Of a DNA stretch of 64,000 bases, positions 50,045-62,103 are shown one piece after another. The position numbers were made by a program, and so were the translations under genes. The stretch comes from Moniliella sp. 'wahieum' (Eukaryota). The stretch's first letter is position 1. Each line of letters opens with the position of its first letter. The stretch is taken from contig RSEE01000011.1 of assembly GCA_003971905.1 (NCBI GenBank), forward strand, positions 1 to 64,000, given 5' to 3'. The notes under the pieces were generated by a model. The model saw only the letters and a list, made by a program, of their open reading frames with translations, was not told the origin of the DNA and did no database searches.

Positions 50045-52453
50045 TGTTGGCCTAGGGAGCCGGACGGGCAGAAGGATGAGGAGAAGGTGATGGATTGGAG
50101 CCAGAGTTGGGTCTGGGTACAGAGGCATCTATATAGGAGGCTGGACTAGGCACAGGGACAGTGAGTCACACAGGAGAGAGTGCAGGGCACAGGGACAGTG
50201 ACACGCAGGGACGTCAGCGTGGAAGCCGATGGAACCGAGGCGAACCTGGTCTACCGACTGGGAGCCAGAGGATCACAGTCAACACCCCCGCTGGCCAGGG
50301 AACCCGGAGACATCGGTTGTGGGATGAGCTCCTGCCAGTGGATGTAGAGAGGGGAGGACTTGAGTGGCAACCGGACGAATGGCCTGGAGTTTGTGCATGG
50401 CCACACGACTGGCCTACACCCCCGCTGTCCAGGATGACACCTGAACGAGCCGAGCGCTTGTGGTTGGTGTATTGTGCGACCGCCAGATGCTTGTAGAAGT
50501 CTTAGAAGTAAAAGTAGTAGGGGTTGCGCCCCGAAGCGATTTGGTGGGCAAAAGTAAAAAGCACCAGTTATAGGTGTAGTGAAAGAAAATTGGAAACTTG
50601 GAGTAAATGCGGTCCAAGGTCGTTTGGCATCAAAATTGGATGCGTTTGGTAGTTGTTTGGTTCCGCATGCCTGGTGCCAGTGGGGTCCATTGGGCATGGG
50701 AAATGAACGGGCGCTATGCGTCAACCGTCTTGATCTGTTTGGGTTCTCTTTGTTGTTGAAAAAGAGGAGTGGAAGAAGTTGGGTGACCACCCCCCCCCAT
50801 CCTTTCCCCAGGTGCCCGGATGAATTGGCAATCCGGGGCGTGTAGCCGTGGGTGGGGCACTTGATGAGCAGCCACCCCCGCTTTCTGCGATTCGCCTGCG
50901 CCGTTTGTCGTTGGAGGAATTTCGTCTCGTTGACGATACCCGACACGTTTTGTTCCGTCGTGTGTTGTCCCTAAAAATCATTGCCCCATCTGTGGGGGAC
51001 GAGTGTGCCGATTGTGGCGGTAGTATGCAGATTGTAACTCTGTTGGCCTAGGGAGCCGGACGGGCAGAAGGATGAGGAGAAGGTGATGGATTGGAGCCAG
51101 AGTTGGGTCTGGGTACAGAGGCATCTATATAGGAGGCTGGACTAGGCACAGGGACAGTGAGTCACACAGGAGAGAGTGCAGGGCACAGGGACAGTGACAC
51201 GCAGGGACGTCAGCGTGGAAGCCGATGGAACCGAGGCGAACCTGGTCTACCGACTGGGAGCCAGAGGATCACAGTCAACACCCCCTGGCCAGGGAACCCG
51301 GAGACATCGGTTGTGGGATGAGCTCCTGCCAGTGGATGTAGAGAGGGGAGGACTTGAGTGGCAACCGGGACGAATGGCCTGGAGTTGTGCATGGCCACAC
51401 GACTGGCCTACACCCCCGCTGTCCAGGATGACACCTGAACGAGCCGAGCGCTTGTGGTTGGTGTATTGTGCGACCGCCAGATGCTTGTAGAAGTCTTAGA
51501 AGTAAAAGTAGTAGGGGTTGCGCCCCGAAGCGATTTGGTGGGCAAAAGTAAAAAGCACCAGTTATAGGTGTAGTGAAAGAAAATTGGAAACTTGGAGTAA
51601 ATGCGGTCCAAGGTCGTTTGGCATCAAAATTGGATGCGTTTGGTAGTTGTTTGGTTCCGCATGCCTGGTGCCAGTGGGGTCCATTGGGCATGGGAAATGA
51701 ACGGGCGCTATGCGTCAACCGTCTTGATCTGTTTGGGTTCTCTTTGTTGTTGAAAAAGAGGAGTGGAAGAAGTTGGGTGACCACCCCCCCCCATCCTTTC
51801 CCCAGGTGCCCCGGAATTGGCAATCCGGGGCGTGTAGCCGTGGGTGGGGCACTTGATGAGCAGCCACCCCGCTTTCTGCGATTCGCCTGCGCCGTTTTGT
51901 CGTTGGAGGAATTTCGTCTCGTTGACGATACCCGACACGTTTTTCCGTCGTGTGTTGTCCCTAAAAATCATTGCCCCATCTGTGGGGGACGAGTGTGCCG
52001 ATTGTGGCGGTAGTATGCCGATTGTGGCGGTAGTATGCCGATTGTGGCGGTAGTATGCCGATTGTGGCGGTAAGGTGCCGATTGTGGCGGTGGTGTTGTT
52101 GGGCGGGAGGACGGGTGTGTCTTGTGGGCTTGGCGGCTTAGCTTGGGCTTGTAGGCTTGGGGGTGGGCTTGCTTGAAGAGCGCTCCCCTTCCGGGGGGAT
52201 CAGATTGTAGCTCTGTTGGCCTAGGGAGCCGGACGGGCAGAAGGATGAGGAGAAGGTGATGGATTGGAGCCAGAGTTGGGTCTGGGTACAGAGGCATCTA
52301 TATAGGAGGCTGGACTAGGCACAGGGACAGTGAGTCACACAGGAGAGAGTGCAGGGCACAGGGACAGTGACACGCAGGGACGTCAGCGTGGAAGCCGATG
52401 GAACCGAGGCGAACCTGGTCTACCGACTGGGAGCCAGAGGATCACAGTCAACA
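50045..52453 (-). mobile_element. Non-autonomous miniature LTR retrotransposon (TRIM-like), tandem array LTR-int-LTR-int-LTR
   Basis: Three 240-bp direct repeats (50045-50284, 51041-51280, 52214-52453), each TGTTG...CAACA. 5-bp TSD ACGCA at 50040-50044 and 52454-52458. G-rich PPT-like tract on the minus strand next to LTR1 and LTR2. No gag/pol recognisable. Confidence 0.9.
51997..52091. repeat. 20-bp tandem repeat GCCGATTGTGGCGGTAGTAT, about 4.7 copies, inside the LTR element
   Basis: Directly visible. Only one copy remains at the equivalent position (about 51007-51026) of the other internal domain. Confidence 0.9.
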
Positions 52454-52929
52454 ACGCACGCTAGCCACTTGCCACTGAAGGCACTATTCTAGCCACTGTG
52501 ACTAGCCACGGCGACCAGAATTGCCAGCCATGGGTGGCTAGCCACCGTGCGTGCACTCTCGGCTACTCAGATGTCACAGTCTCAGATCTCATATCGCATG
52601 TATCATGCATGAAGCCTGAGGCCCTGAGGCGGCGGGGGACAGTGTGGGCGAGCTTGTACGGCGGACCAAAATTGACGCGATGAGGACGAGGACGTACCGG
52701 TGACCGGGTCGGGTCGACAGGGGCCGCGGGGATCGAGATTCGATGGCCTCGATCCATCGATCATCGAGAGTGAGATTGAGCGCTTTGCTGTTACATGTTA
52801 CAGTTCAACGTTCAGTACGTTCAGTGCCTGTGGGTGGCGAAAAATAACAGGCGCAAATGTAACCACGGAGAGTCCCTCTCGCGGGCCACCAGTGACCGAG
52901 CGGATTAATGTACGTACGTTTTTAATGCC

Positions 52930-53077
52930 CCGGTGACCGATGACCGGTGACCGGTGACCGTTGCTTGCCTGTCCCTGCCTGTCGTACTGCGCCTGCTGCT
53001 GCTGGACGCGGGCCAGTAAATTGCGGCTGATTAATGATTGAAGCTTGAAGCTTGAATTCAAGCTCGAGCTCGAAGCT
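52930..53077. repeat. Heptamer palindromic arrays (ACCGGTG)n and (AAGCTTG)n
   Basis: Arrays at 52930-52960 and 53028-53077. Confidence 0.82.
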
Positions 53078-54885
53078 CTGCTGCACCGTGGCTGTTGTGA
53101 GCGGCACTGCCCTAGTCAGGTAGATGCTGGTTTTAGGCTCAGCCTGCGCCGCGTGTTCTATCTGTGGCGTCTCCACGTGGTTCCCATTGGAAGCCGCACG
53201 TATATAGTAGACACTGCTGGCGCATCCCTCTGTCCTTCCTTGCCACCTCCACCTCTTCGCTCAACTCGTTACCTCGTTCTCGCTCATCTACTTCTAGTAG
53301 CTCAGACCGCGCCGTCTGCCTGCCGTAGTACGTCGCCACAGCTCGAAGCTCGAAGGCCAACTTGGCATCACCCTGTCACGTGCCACCTCGGTTTGCCCGG
53401 TGCAACGGGACCCACCCGTCGTCAGTGTCAAGCGTCAAGCTTGAAGCTTGACGAGCCCAGTAGATGACCGAAAATTCTGCCTAAATCCTATGCCGCTCCC
53501 GCTCACACCAGTCTCTCTCCCTTGCCAGTGTGGGCAGCATTCCACCACATCCAACAGACCCGGCATTCCACTCAGCAGCATGCAGCGCAAGCATCGCCCA
53601 CTCCAGTCCAATCCACTCTGCCATCACCACCACTACCACGTTCTCCCCACCCACTTAATATGCCTTCTTCCGCCTCCTTGCCTTTTAACCAACATCCAAA
53701 ATGGAAACACACATTCATTCGAACCTTAGTACTTTGATTCGTTGTTACAGGCTATACCAAAGAGATGGACAGCATCTGCCTGTACTACGGGCCAAAGGCC
53801 GTACAGGCTTCATGGATTTCCGTCTTCACCTCAGACATGCAATGCATCTGGCAACTGGATCCAAAGATTATAGCACTTCATGGTTCTGATGCGTTGCTTA
53901 TTCAGTTGTTGTTTGGGTTTTGCTCCAATACATATGCCCCCCCCCCGTACGCCCTCATTAGGCCCCTCCCCCCTGCCTCTGTCCCGCAATCAACTTCATT
54001 CTCTTTCAGGCTGCCCCCCCACACACTCTCCATTTGGCCCCTCCGCTTCCTTACGTATCTGCCACGCATCACCAATGTTTCGCACTCCGCAGTTCATTCT
54101 CAGTACCAACACTCCTCTTTGGTCGCCTCACACCCCCACAGCCTTTGCCTAATGGCTTAGCAAGTATTATGAAATACGCCCAGTGCGAGGCCCCGACTTT
54201 TCCCTCGAAGAAAGCACATCCTCTGGGTGGCCGCCGGCGACTCTGACACAGATGGCATGCCGGTTATACGTTTCACGGAGGTTCTTTACGAGAATGCGGT
54301 ATGAGACCCTGAATTCTGACGGTCCTCTCGATGGTACTGCAATCGCACTAGTAGTCGTGGTAGTTGTGGTCAAAGCCAATGATCAAAATGCCTACAGCTG
54401 AGGAGGGACATGAATTAGTGTGTGCGTGACGTATGGGTTACCTCCATTAGCGCGTCATGGGGGAAGAGGATGTAATCCAGTAGGATGGGGAGATTCTGAC
54501 TACCATGGCTATAGTTAACTGTTCGTCTCCGGCCGTTGTGCGTTGTGCGGCTTGCAAACACAAGCGTGGATTTTTTCCTTCGCAAACATCTCGCCCCTTG
54601 CCTGTCACGTGCCCAGCTGACATAAGAATGCGTGCGAATTGGCATGGGCGCGGGGCGTGATGGGTGATGGTCAGCGCTGCCTGGCTGGGCTGGGCAGCTT
54701 CCATCCCACCATCCATCCATCCGCCTCCCACCAGCCGCGCCACGCCCCCGACGCCGCCGCCCTCCGCCGTGCGCCCGTCTGCCCTTCCCCGTCATCTCCC
54801 CTTCTCCACCTCCTCCGCGCCCCGTCCCTCCCTCCCCTGCCTGCCCGCCTGCCTGCCCGCCCGTCCGCCCGACGCTGCCACCACG

Positions 54886-57800
54886 ATGGGCATTGGTGAT
54901 GCTTGGGAGCATGCGGTGCCGTACGTCGTCTTCCCTGGCCCTCTCTGCTGCCGCTGCTGACCCCCTCCCCCCCCCTCCCCCCCCCCTGCACGCAGCTCCT
55001 TCCGCCAGCTCTACGGCGTAATCGAGGAGCGCAACGTTGCCTTTCCTGCCAGCGTCCTGCAAGCCGCATCTCTGAGCTCCGCTCCCTTCGCCCCGGCTTT
55101 GATTCCATCGAGGACAAACGCGACGCGCTTCAACTCCGCGTCGGCGACCAAACCTACCGCGTCCCCGTCGACGACAAACAACGCCAGACTGCATCCGTTG
55201 CGCGCAAGCGCCTTGTTCTCCCTGAAACCGAGGCCCAGGTGCTACTGTTGTTCAAGCAATGGCTCGTGTCCACCGAGGACGAGCACCCATTTTCCCAGCC
55301 TGCCACTGCCCCCACCGATGTACTCGACAATTTTGTCGTCTGGTATTGGGACGAGCGTCTCTACCTGGTTCGCTGCATCCGCTCCTCCTTCGTCTTGAGA
55401 GTGGAGGCGAGACCGGAAGCGAAGACGAACAGCTTCAGGCCCGCAGGCTCCTTGAACAACTCCAACTTGATGGCAAGCCCTCCTACCCATCCCAGTGCGT
55501 TTCCCACGTGCAAGATCTCGTGACCAAGCCTCTTCCCGATCAGCTGCGCGACAACCTGCGCGATGCGAATTTGGCCGCCGAACAGCGTCTTCGCCTCCAG
55601 CTCGAGGTCCTCGACGCGGTTCTTCTTTATTGCTACAATTACGCCATCCCCGATGCGGCCACTTGTCTGGCTCTGCTACGCTTTGTCCGTGATACAGACT
55701 TTGCCCGCCGCCAGGCTGACGCATCTTTCCACACCACTATGGAAGCCCAACAACTGCTCCAGTGCATCGGTGCGTTGGCCACTCTGGTCTGCGTCGAGAG
55801 CGTAAGCATCGAAGCTGTGATGGACTTTCATCCGGGTCTCCTTCCTCCTTCGACTAGTTCGGTGGAAGAGCAGGCTCCCTCTGGTGCCGCCGCCCTCGCT
55901 CGCTCTCCGGCCACCTTAAACGAGGCGTTGGACCTGATCAACTCGCTCAACTTCAGTCCTTTCTGGGGACCCGTGTGTCTTGTTTATGCACTCATCCTGA
56001 ACCGTATTGAAGCTGCCTTGGAGATCGAACAGAGTAACTCGACCGATGGTGCGCTCCCTGCCCACCTCACAGCATTGGCGGAAGTGATTGATCCAGGCCC
56101 AGGCCAGGAGCCGGTGTGGACCAAGCTTGCCACCCTGGCCTTCACCCAACTACCCGGATTAACAAAACTGTGTCCGATATCCTTTCAGTACTACGAACCG
56201 TGTCGCACCAAAACTTCACCTGCCCTTCGCATTTGATCTACCGCGGTGTGATCAAAGGACTGCTTCTTGCTGAGACGGAGCTCGTGAAGCCGTCCTACAT
56301 CTCTGATGGTGAAGAGCTTCTCGCTTCTGGCAGGGCGTACTTGGCCACACGCCTTCACACCATGACAGCCGTTTGCGTAAGGGGGCTGCTGAACTGGCTG
56401 AACAATTTTGGTCGGAAGACTTCCCATCCGAGACGCGGTCCTCATTCCTTGTCCTGACGGCCAGTCGTTGGCCAGTGCTGTTCACTCCGTTTGTGTCGCT
56501 TTTGACGTGTTTGACAGGGCGCCATGCCGAGCCAGCCCAGGGAAGCTCCAGTGCTTGGTCCTCGGATGCAGCTGAGGCTGCGACCACGAATACCTTTTCT
56601 TCGTTTGGACGCTTGAGCGTGATCACGCTGTTCCTCCCGCCGGAGCGGGTGGTGGGGAACCCGTACGAGGCTATCGTCGACCCCGTGACGGGGAGCTGGG
56701 GTATCAACTTGTTCACCCTATGCACGTATTTGGTCGTACGCATTGCCCGTGGGCGCCGTTGGACAGGCAGTCTCTGAAACGGAGGCGACTTATCTGGTTG
56801 TTCGATGGAACCTACCGCGGCCGATCAGCGGCTGGCGTATTCTCCGTGACCTCCTTGCTTTCCTTATGGGGCTCTACCCCGAGCGGGGAAACTGGAGGCC
56901 TTGGTGCTATCCACCTCTCCTGACCAAAAAGAGGAGATTATCCTTACTGCGCTCCAACTATTAGCTTCTGTTCTTTCTGCGGAAGGAAAACTACCTGAAC
57001 GACTGCTCAACCACCTTGACGGACAGCCTGATCCAATCTTGGACGAGGACAACGATGACGAAGATACTGCACCGGTTCCGGCGGGTGTCTCTTTGACAGC
57101 GATCGTGATGGCCGTGCTGAGCAAAGCGCTTTCGACACCTACTTCTTACAATGCACGTTGGTCTGCACCGCATACGAGATCTTGTCGTATCTCGTGACCC
57201 TTCGGCCAACGGAGGTATGGCAAGCCCTCCGCCCCAGGAATATTGCTCTGGGTAGTGCCGACCTGGTCCCAATCCGCGCGAGGGAAGGGGTTCACGCCGA
57301 ATCGGTGGTGTTGGAGAGCAAGGTCTTACACACAAGCAAGGTGGCTGGTGATTACACTTCACTTTTGTCGCTGCTCGATTTCCAAGCGATTTTGCTCGAT
57401 GAGTTGGTCACCTCGCAATTTGCTGCGCCGCCCGAGTTGCTGGAGACTAAGGTGTTTGTCGCCCGCCGGATCCTGTGCTGGATGATCGAGCTCGTCTGGG
57501 CCGATGCACTCAACTGGCGCTATACTCGACCCGAAGAACGTTTAGCCGTGCTGAACAAGTGTCTCTTCCCGTTCAACCTTATCCTCTCGGATCCGGCCTT
57601 GACTTTGCCCGCTGCAGCCAACGCTGGCCCTGCTCCCGCTCGTCTACACATCCTAACGAGCGTGATGGACAAGGCGTTCCTTTCACCGGGGGAACCTCCA
57701 TTTACTGGTCCCCTCATCACCATTCTTGGCTGTAGCGCCACTCTCACCTCGGACGGAGCCGCTGAGAGCCCTGCGGCTGGGCTGGAGGCCGATGAGCTAC

Positions 57801-60800
57801 TCCGTCATACTTGGCAATTTGCTGTTCGTCTGGTGAAACGCCGCAGGGACGCCAACAACCACCTCCTCCGGGTCAAGCTGTGTTGGGCCCAATCGAGCAA
57901 GCCGTCTTTAGCCCGGCTTTAGTATCGTCCCACTTGGCCGCACCGGTAGCCATCCAGGCCCCCCCTATGAGTGTGGCTGCCTTCCGCTCACGCCCGACGG
58001 ATAAGACCCAGGTCGCTTCGGCCTTGGTGGACAGTATTTTGGACGCTCGGGCTCACGAGCCGTGGTGTTGCTGTCAGAGGTGGTTTCCTCAGCGCAGAAG
58101 GAGCGCAGCGGCTGCGAGTCTCTCCACCTGCTCTGCTAGGTAGCTTGGGCAGCCTATCCGAGACCCAGGCCAAGTTGGCGCAGCTGACCCACTTGGCAGC
58201 GACACCAACGGACAACGATGTACTGTACCCCAACTTGGCGACCAGCCGGCTGGCGGTATGGAATTTGTTTGCCGCCTTGGCCGAACATCAACCCTCGCTG
58301 GCGGCTGTGCTGATCCTGGGTGAGTATCCCAACTACTCCCACCAGCTCCCTGAGCCCACGGCAGCCACGGGAAAAGACAAGGGCAACGCAGCCGAGGCGT
58401 CTAGTACGCCCCCCTTTCGGCGCTGGACGTGGCGGTGGGATTCGTGTTGGACTGGGCTGAATTGTGGGACGAAAAAATGCCGCTGCTCGAGGGAGTGCTC
58501 AAGTTCCTGGAGGCAGTGTGGGAACGTGCACCGGAGCATGAGGCCCGCTTCCGCAAACTTTTGCAGCAACCTGCACTGTGGCAAGCGCTCCGTGCACTCA
58601 TCTCGGTCGACGCTGGCGAGTGGCCGGAAGTGACAGAGTCCAACAAAGACAGTGTCAAGGTGTCCACAGCCATGCGGCAGGCGTGCCAAACTCGAGCGCT
58701 TCATGTCCTGGTTTCAACCTTAACTCACCCTGTGCATCCAGCCGGATCAAAAGGGCCCACAGAGAGTCTGGAAAACACCAAGGTTTTACTCGACCTGTTG
58801 AAGGACAAGCAGAAGCTGCCCACAATCCTCGCCCGTGTGGCAACGATAAGGATGGACTGCGATGTGTTGAGCTCCATGTTGGACCGCGTCTCTGCCTTGT
58901 TCCCACGCTTCCACTCGATGCGCTCCGCATGCCCGTTCGGCGAGACCGGTTTGACGGAGCAAGAGCCTATGGCGACAGTTATGTGTGGGATCTGATTGCG
59001 CTCAAGCACAAGCTGGCGGGCTACCGCACCACTGATCGTGGGAACCTCCGTACAGGCGATGGCTTGGACGAGTATGGCAGCATCTCTGCTGCCCAGGCGA
59101 CTGCCTCGGTTAATTCGGAATGGTCTGCGCTTGATGCTCAGATCCTCCTGGTGCGATCATGGAACCTGCTCTTGTCGCATGCCATGGGTCCCATCTGCCG
59201 CATGGTGGAGGAAGGGGGCTCAGCTCAGGGTCAACGGGCGGCCTTGGACGAGGCAGTGTGGGCCACGTGGACCAAGGTGACCCAAGACATGCTCACTTCA
59301 GCTGGGCAAGCCGAGCTCGATGCGGTCGCCGACCCAGCTGTGGCTGCATGTGGCCCATTCCAAGACCATGTATTGCGAGCCCAGGTCGCCCTCTCGGCTG
59401 CACTGCTAGAGTTTGGATGGGACAAAGCGCCGCCCCTTTCCTCGCAGCAGGTGGAGCAGCTGTTGGCTCGCACAAGGCTGGTACAGCAACTGGTCGTGCT
59501 CGCGCGTCCGCGGCTGGAAGCTAGCCTTGCCGCTACAGCCGCTTCATTGGCTGTCTCGTCGCCTGCGGGAGCTACGACGGATGCGCCGTTGCACCCACCG
59601 CTCTTCCGGATGGTTTTGCTCACCATGCTCCACTGCCGCCACATCATGTCTGAGCGCAAGACCCAGGGGGGCGCGGTACTCAAGGACAAGCAGCACAACG
59701 AAGTGCACGCTGCTGTCGATGCGTTTGCCCAGGCTGCTGTTCCAGCCTTGCGGCTGATCGCCGACCGGGCGCGTCTCGTGGCAGCCACACCGCTGCCCGA
59801 AGACACACACCTCGCCAATGAGTACCACGCTGCACTCGTCCAGATCGACTCGGACCTCAGCATCCTAACCGGCGTTCTGGATCTGCTGGCCCGGCCAAAG
59901 ATGGAGGTGCCGCCCCACCACCTCAATGTGCTTTTACTCAGAGCGGGCTGTTGCTTGCTTGTTGAACTTTTGCGGGTTGTGCCATTGGGGGATGCCCGTG
60001 AACCATTGTGGGGAAATATGGGGCTTAACCTTTTGGATGTGCTCTTGACCATCGCCGAGAATGCCCATTTGGCCGAGCCGCTGCATCTGGCGGGCATTCT
60101 AACAGCTTTGCTGAACAATTCCCTTACGCCCCAACTTGAGGCGGGGCAGCTGAGAGATGTGCCGGGTGGACAGGATGCAACGGCGCATGCGTGTTGGCTT
60201 GCCATGCTCCGCATCGCCGTCGCGTTGGAAAACAACTTTGCGGCGCATTTGCATTCCGCCTCTCACACCGAGTTTGTCGTGACGGAGATTTACAGCTTTG
60301 TGTCGTACTACCGTGCCCAGCTGGGCCAAGTTGCACTCAAGTTCCGACCGGCAAACTCCGTGACCGCACCTTCGGACCTGAGGCAAGGCGCCCTTGCTCG
60401 CCCCGGAACGGCCTCTTTTGCCCGCCCAGGGACGGCCTCTTTTGCCTCGTCCTTGGCAGTGCCATCTGTCGCCGAGGGAACAAATCGCGGTAGCACCCAG
60501 GGAGCGCTTGAAGAACCGAAACGACACTGTACCTCTTTTGTGCCATGGCCCATGCCGCTGCATCAAAGAGAGGGGTGGATGTGGCGAGAAGCACATTTTT
60601 GCGCTCGGCCGCGCGTGATGTGGCATTTTGCTGCAACAGTGCACCTATCTTCTTCTCCGGCCAGGACATCGAGCGATGGCGTTTGGAATTGACCTGACGA
60701 GCGACAACTCGCGTGAGGCACGTCTAGTGCACATGGCGCAGAAGAATATCACTGATGGGTTGCTGCGTGTCGCCCAAGCCGCCGTTACCTTCCTCATTGA

Positions 60801-61397
60801 CTTGGATCGTGTGCCTGATTGGCTGACCAATCCCTTGGGACGTAAACTAATGTTCCCTCTCAGCATTGTCCCGGTACGTTCATTCCCCCTTTCCACCCAC
60901 GTTCACCTGCATCCTTGTTGGATTTCCACTAACTTGCTGTTCTCAGCGGCAACGTGTCTTCCCCTCTGAACCCGCCACAATTGGCACGTTGATTGACTTG
61001 AGTCAGTATTGCAAGATGGTCTTGCCCAGCAAAAGGGCGATGCATGGACTCATTCGGTCGCTATGCTTGAGCAGACCTTGGTTCTCGCCGTAGCAACTCT
61101 GGCTGGCTCGCTTGCTTGCCCGCTGTGCCTGTCGAAACGGCCGGTGGTGCTGCGCGGGACGAGCGGGGTGCATGCGCTGAGCGAGGCGTGGACGCTGGTA
61201 AGGCAAGAAGTCGAGACGGGGCTGGGCAGAGAGTTGACGGCGGCCATGCCGCCGCCCTGTCGGCCATCGACAAGACCAAGACCCAAGCCTTGCCCGCGTC
61301 CGCAGTTGCGACGGAGACGGATGGGCCGGCCGACTTGCTCCGCATGCTGCCGATGTACGTGGAGCGCAACATGCCAGCCAACCTGGTCTCCTCGTAG
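54886..61397 (+). CDS. Large alpha-helical scaffold nucleoporin, probably Nup188 (about 2,100 aa when frameshifts are joined)
   Basis: About 6.5 kb of contiguous Leu/Ala-rich helical ORF fragments, including WYWDERLYLVRCI, EQRLRLQLEVLDAVLLY and YGDSYVWD, which resemble fungal Nup188 from memory. Introns at about 54920-54994 and 60874-60946. Confidence 0.62.
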
Positions 61398-62103
61398 CTT
61401 TGTGCATCACATCATGCAATGAGATCCTGCTCTGCACGCCGTTTTTCACTTCCCAACTAATATCTCGCCTATGGTCTCTTTGACTGGGTGTCGAGGCACA
61501 ATAATAAAAAGGGTGTGGACTCAAATGGGCACATATAGGGGCGAGCGCGTTTCGTATTGTGTCCAGACGGCTTGTCCGCGGGCGGCTGTCGTGTTTGACG
61601 CTTGACACTTGAAGAGAGAAAAGCGGAAGCGGGCCACAAAACTGGTGGTATGCCACCAAACTAGTATAGTAATCGGCATCAGGAAGAGCCCATTGGGGCT
61701 GCAACAAACCCTGAGAAGGGGCTGTGCGTACGAAGAATGTATGGGCACACGTGAGGCTGGAGTATTGTGGGGGTGGCCCTGCAAAACGAGGGAGATGGTG
61801 GGGGGTACGGATCTAGATGCAATGAATTAGTGATGGGTGCCCCCAACCGGACAAGGGCGGCGGCTGAGCGGGAGGGGTGGGGTAAATGTGCGCGGGCGGA
61901 ATTGGCGCCGGGCGGAGTAGCACTGCAGGTGTTCCGGCGGTGCAGCGCAGAAGACAGACAAACGCCTTCCGAACACGACCGAATCCAGAAATCCAGATAC
62001 GCGGGTTGGGCCAAGTGGCGCTGCGTCGTGGAAGGTGTTGTGGCGGGCAGGCGCGGGCAGCCTCCGTCCCCCCACCAGCCTCCGCATCAGCATCGCCATC
62101 ACC

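Noticed and set aside
50251..50946. 231-aa minus-strand ORF in the LTR element as gag or integrase
   Set aside because: No CCHC, DDE, RT or chromodomain motif recognisable, and the frame is not preserved in the second copy. The CADCGG repeats on the plus strand are just translated tandem repeat.
51997..52091. CRISPR-like appearance of the 20-bp repeats
   Set aside because: Head-to-tail tandem copies with no spacers, no cas genes, eukaryotic context.
53650..54420. Possible small gene or pheromone precursor upstream of the Nup188-like gene
   Set aside because: Short ORFs with no CAAX ending, signal peptide or consistent exon chain.
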